Assembly: GCA_036172245.1 (NCBI GenBank)
Contig: JAYWIR010000023.1
Location: forward strand, 1,612,001-1,676,000
Origin: Raillietiella orientalis
Lineage: Eukaryota
Direction of reading: 5' to 3'
DNA: 64,000 nucleotides
The notes under the pieces were generated by a model. The model was given only the letters and a program-made list of their open reading frames with translations, was not told where the DNA came from and did no database searches. The position numbers and the translations under genes are program-made. Shown one piece after another: positions 59,481 through 64,000 of this stretch. Each line of letters starts with the position of its first letter. Within the stretch, counting starts at the first letter, position 1.

Positions 59481-61994
59481 AAGACGAGCCCATTCGCAGA
59501 AGCCTGAAGTGAGCTGACCTTTGGCTGCCGAAATCTACATCGGTGGCGTGCGATGTGAGGCTGCGGCTAATGAGAGCTGAGGATCGCCCCACCTGTTAAA
59601 GGGTCAGCAAGTCCAAGAGATGGGCTTCGGTCTCTTCACCTCCGACTACCCCAGAATCCATCCCCACCGCCCCAGCTCCCTTCCGTTCAGGACTTGCGCT
59701 CTCCCCGGGCTCGTTCAGATGAACACGGAAAAAGCCACCTGAAGAGCCTTTCCAGTCTTCTCTGATTTCTCGAAGGAAAGCTCCGGAGTCCAGGAGGGAC
59801 ACCCCCAAATGCAGGGGAAACGTAACGTCATCCGAAGCCGCAAGATAGCCGCCCACCTCAGGGCTTTCTTGCCAGGCACAAGAGTGGCGTCCGCAGCCTC
59901 ACCTGAAAGAGATTTTGCGGTCATCCCTCTCACTGCGTCCTCTCTTGGTGGAAGAGCGATCTCTCTTTGCGAAAAGAGGAAAAAGGAAACCCCTCGTCAA
60001 TGCACCTTTCCCGGATCCCTCAGGTCAAAGCCTCAACTGAGTCGTTGCTAGGCAACCGAACTTGATTTACCTTCCTCCCTCTTCCTCCATCCATGGAGCT
60101 AGAATCGGAGACAACAGAGTCATTGGGTCTCGCCTCCCGAATGTGAACAGGAAGCAGGGAAGACCACCGCAAAGTGGAGAGGGACGGAGGGGAGATCTTC
60201 GATTTCGGGTGCGAACTTTCGAAGGAGACTTGCGTTTGCGCCTGCAGAGAGGAAGGCCTGGAGAAGAGTTTCCAGGAAGATGGGACTCGGATGATCCGGG
60301 ACAGATCATCCGAGGACAGATGTCCTTCCACAAGCATCAAGGGAGGGCGGAAAGGGAGCCCGCAGCGTTTGCGTTAGCTTTCTCGGGAGGACAGAAAAGG
60401 AGGAATGGGATGATCTGGGACCAGAACAGGTCGATTCTTTCTTCTTCCCAGACGAAGGAACCACCAGGAAAACACCTTTGGCTCTGTAAGCATGAAGGAT
60501 GGTCTTTCGGCGTACCTGCTCTCCCATCTTCGACACTCAAAGCGGTGCTGTCAGTCTGGAAGCTGAGATCTGCCAAAATGAGTTCAAAAATGCCGAAATA
60601 AGGGAATAAGGGTCGAGCGTGGAATGGGAGGAGACTTGGGCCAAGAATCAGCTGCCGATCTGAACCCACTCGATTGATCTCCCACTAGGGGTCACCGGAA
60701 TGTTTTCTGCTTGAGCGAGGGGACGAGGGATGTCACCGGACGGCAGGGGAACCAGCAAAAGCACTTGCCATGCGACCGCAGGCTAGCAAATGGGGAGGAG
60801 AGGGGTGGAAAGCCCTGACTATGCTGTCCAGAAAGCAAGCCAGGGTAAGGAGGCAACAGCAAGGACCCAGAAAGCTGGAACGGACAGGAAGTCTCACCCT
60901 CGAGGAAGGAGAGAAAAACTATGGGCAAGCACGGTACTGTGTCCGAAGTGTGGACAAGGAGGAGGAGGGGGATGAATCCAGACGGTGCTTTCGGCGTTCG
61001 CTCACAAGGGGGCCGCACGTCCGAGGACAGCGTTTTATTCCCGATGTGTTTCTCCAGTTTCCTGGGGATTCCTAGTTTTCTCTTGTCGTTGTCATCTACC
61101 GGATCCCGTGAACCCAAGAATCCTTCGACGACCGCTCGCAACAGAGCAGCTGCTCCTCGGGAGGCCAAGGAGAGATCCGATCCTCATCAGTTGATCCCTC
61201 TGAATTCCCTTGCTCCCTCCTCCAGATCAGAGGGGGTCAAGCAAGATCATGATCATGATCGCTCTCCTTCCTTCGCCCTGGAGCAGCGATTTGGAACGCA
61301 TCCCTGGGTTGGGTCGATTCGAGACCATTCAGGATGAGTAGCCTCCTTGATCTCAACCACCATGCCACCTTCACGTCCCTCGGAGCTCATCCTGGAGTTT
61401 CCAACTCAGTGGTGGGTATGATAGGCAAGAAGTCAGGAAAGGAGTAGCCGAAAAGCTTGGAGGTGCAAGCAGCTGTTTCGGTGGATCAACTGATGTCCCT
61501 CGATACCTAACTGGTGCTCCGTACCTAACCATCCTGCAAGAGTGATTCTGGCTTCGAGATGCAGAAGTATAAGAGCAAGAGGAATTCTTAAGTGAGGTTT
61601 CATTTCTTATGCCATCCACGTGGCCTACATCTGACAAAGTCGGGGTGGCAGCCATGTAGATCTGCTGGGGGGGAGGGTCTCTTCTTAAACGAGTGACAGA
61701 CAAAGGGATGGTGAGCGAGGAGCCCTGACAGAAAAGCCGGAACGTTGTAATAAACGAAGACGAAGAGCAACTTGGGGAGATCGCGAGCATGCAGGACAAT
61801 CCTGCAGCGCCATCTTCGCAAAACAAGGAGACAACCGACGAACAACCGGGAGGCGAACGCCCCGTCGACCGCAGCTACAGGACGTGGGAACCGGAGCTCT
61901 GCCGAGAGCGAGCAACTTGTGAGAAACGCGCACGGTTAACCACACGACCTCCAGGGCAGACGTGTGATTACACCCCATTCTTCTCCCCCCCCCC

Positions 61995-62920
61995 CCCTGC
62001 AGGATGACGCTAGTCGGCCCACGGACTTCGGGGGCGAGAGCACTGTTGGAAGCCAGATGCTCCCGTTGACTGGCAGGATTGGAAGTTGACCCTCCGGGGT
62101 CCTTCCAGGACAACAATGAACTTGGCCGTTCTCCCCCAGTTGTGCAAAAAAAGCCGATCTCCCCCTTGCAAACCCCGGGGGGACCCTAGAAGGTGGTTTC
62201 ATCGGGAAGGTTCTCTCCAGAGTGTCGAAAGCGGGCCGTTCCCTTCGGGGTTCTCCCGAGGAGCGGTTCCCTTGTGGGTTTCCTCCGGGGAAGAAATGGC
62301 GAGCAGTCCCCGCAAACCAGGAGAGCCTTATGGAGATAATGAGGTAGAGGTTCCCTCGAGGTCTCCTATCCCTCGGGTGAGGCAGGTAAGAGGGAACGGT
62401 TCTGGAACCTCCCTGGATTAAGTAGGGTGGTTCCTACGGGGTTGTCCCCTAACTGAGTCACACGCAACCCCGGATGCCACGAACAGCAGCAGTTTAGGAG
62501 CTCTGTATGAACCACCGTGTGGCGGCATCGTCCAGCCTCTCCGATGCCCCTCTTAAGGAAGCAGACGGTTCTCCGGGACTTCTTGAGAACTAAACAAAAG
62601 GAAAAAAAGAAAACGAAAAAGCTGGAAGGAAAGCAGCGAAAGCAGAAGATCCCAAAAAGGATTTCCATCATCCTAGAACTATAGTAGCGATTTTCCCTTG
62701 AGGTCGCTAGTGGCCTTTTTTCGAAAAAAAAAAAACTGCCTCTCGGATTGAGTAAAAGAGAGGGTCCACCAGTGGAAGTTCCTCGTGAAGAGTGGGTTGA
62801 ATCGATGCGTCGGCAACTTGAACATGGCATAGTCAACAGGAAACCTAGGAGGACAGATTTTGGAAAGACAGTAGCAGCAGAGTTCGACTGACGACAGATC
62901 GCAAGCCTTTTCGAGCACCG
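61995..62920 (+). mobile_element. Decayed LINE ORF2 fragment, copy C
   Basis: DNA similarity to copies A and B. Frameshifted remnants SWKE..IPK..NY and DFGKTVAAEFD..SQAF occur in RT-like order. Confidence 0.5.
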
Positions 62921-64000
62921 CGCCGTACTGATCTATTTGGTGCGCCACGGCTCGTTTCTTTGGCAACCAGACACGCTCCATGGCGCTGTTTTCATTTCCT
63001 GCTTGGCCGAGCATCTCACCTCTACCGGAGGAATGCTAGCCTTCGAAATTTCGGATTCCAGCGGACACAGGAGAAGAAATAGAGTGGTACAGCCCTTCGA
63101 AATCAGGTGTCCTCCAGGCTTCTCAATTGCTAACGTGAAGAAAGAAGTGTCAGCGAATTGGATGCTTCATAAGCTCGCAAGACACTTTTATAGAAGATGA
63201 GCGCTTAAGAAAATCCTTTGATGCACGCTCCTGATGGTTTCCCTTTTTGTTAGCAACGAGTGGCAAGACTTCGAAGTTTCTTGACGGACGGAATCGAAGG
63301 AAGGATCGAATCCATCGAATGTAAAAGAGTGTGTTAACCTAAAAAGCAGCAGCATCTACCGCTGCTTGCTTCACAAGTAGATAGTTTTTTCTAAGGAATC
63401 AACACTATCTTCTGCATCCCTTCTGATTCGCCAGACGAATTTGGACTGATCTCAGAACAATTCAGATGTACCCATGCCAAACAAGCAGCGGTGAAAAGCT
63501 TGGATTGCTGTGCGGCCAGCATCATGCAGATAAGGACAGAACTCCGAAAACATGCTCTATGGAAACTGTAGCTTGAAACTTTGACAATTACACTCCTTCA
63601 CGATATCATCAACAGTACTGACCCTGAAATTCGTGTTTTCACATCGCCAGTTTCGCTTGAGAAAACAACGCATGACTAAAGCGAAGTGGGGTTTCAAAGG
63701 ACTAGGATTTCATTAGGCAGATGATAGATGCCTTAGGGCCGTAGGCCAAAACCTGAGAAGGAACAAACGCTGAGAAGACTGTTGGAAGAGACTGGTACCA
63801 TATCGAAGTGCAATCCATGGCCTGGATGTATTTCTTCATCTTCTTCACAAGCATCGCTGACAAGAAGGAAAGCCATCGTCAAAGGGAGATGGGAGACAGA
63901 GAAGGGCATTTCAGAGCTCGGGAGAAAAAGGAAGTAACCATCAAAAAGCGTGTCAAAACGTCCCAGAAGAGACGTATTACTTCCTACTGCTGCGGGTTTC

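Overview
Eukaryotic (animal, probably arthropod/crustacean-like; inferred, not proven) genomic window. A central AT-rich island (~5.4-29.8 kb) holds three genes that I reconstructed by hand. (1) ESF1, a pre-rRNA processing factor: + strand, 10 coding exons, ~589 aa, introns mostly only 38-50 nt. (2) A BTBD10/KCTD20-family gene: + strand, 7 coding exons, ~400 aa. (3) A convergent, unrecognised 1021-aa ORF on the - strand with a 102-bp (34-aa Gln/Gly/Leu-rich) tandem repeat. The GC/CpG-rich flanks (1-5.4 kb and ~30-64 kb) contain no ORF I recognise as a cellular gene. They carry many heavily decayed non-LTR retrotransposon (LINE ORF2/RT) fragments, including three related copies at ~3.2-4.1, 55.6-56.2 and 62.0-62.9 kb. 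Local oddities: perfect hairpins, an intronic mosaic of short copies of neighbouring exons, back-to-back poly(A) signals shared by the convergent genes, and two start-stop uORFs before ESF1. No CRISPR, rRNA or tRNA was seen. I found no convincing new multi-gene system; the orphan repeat protein is the best novelty candidate.
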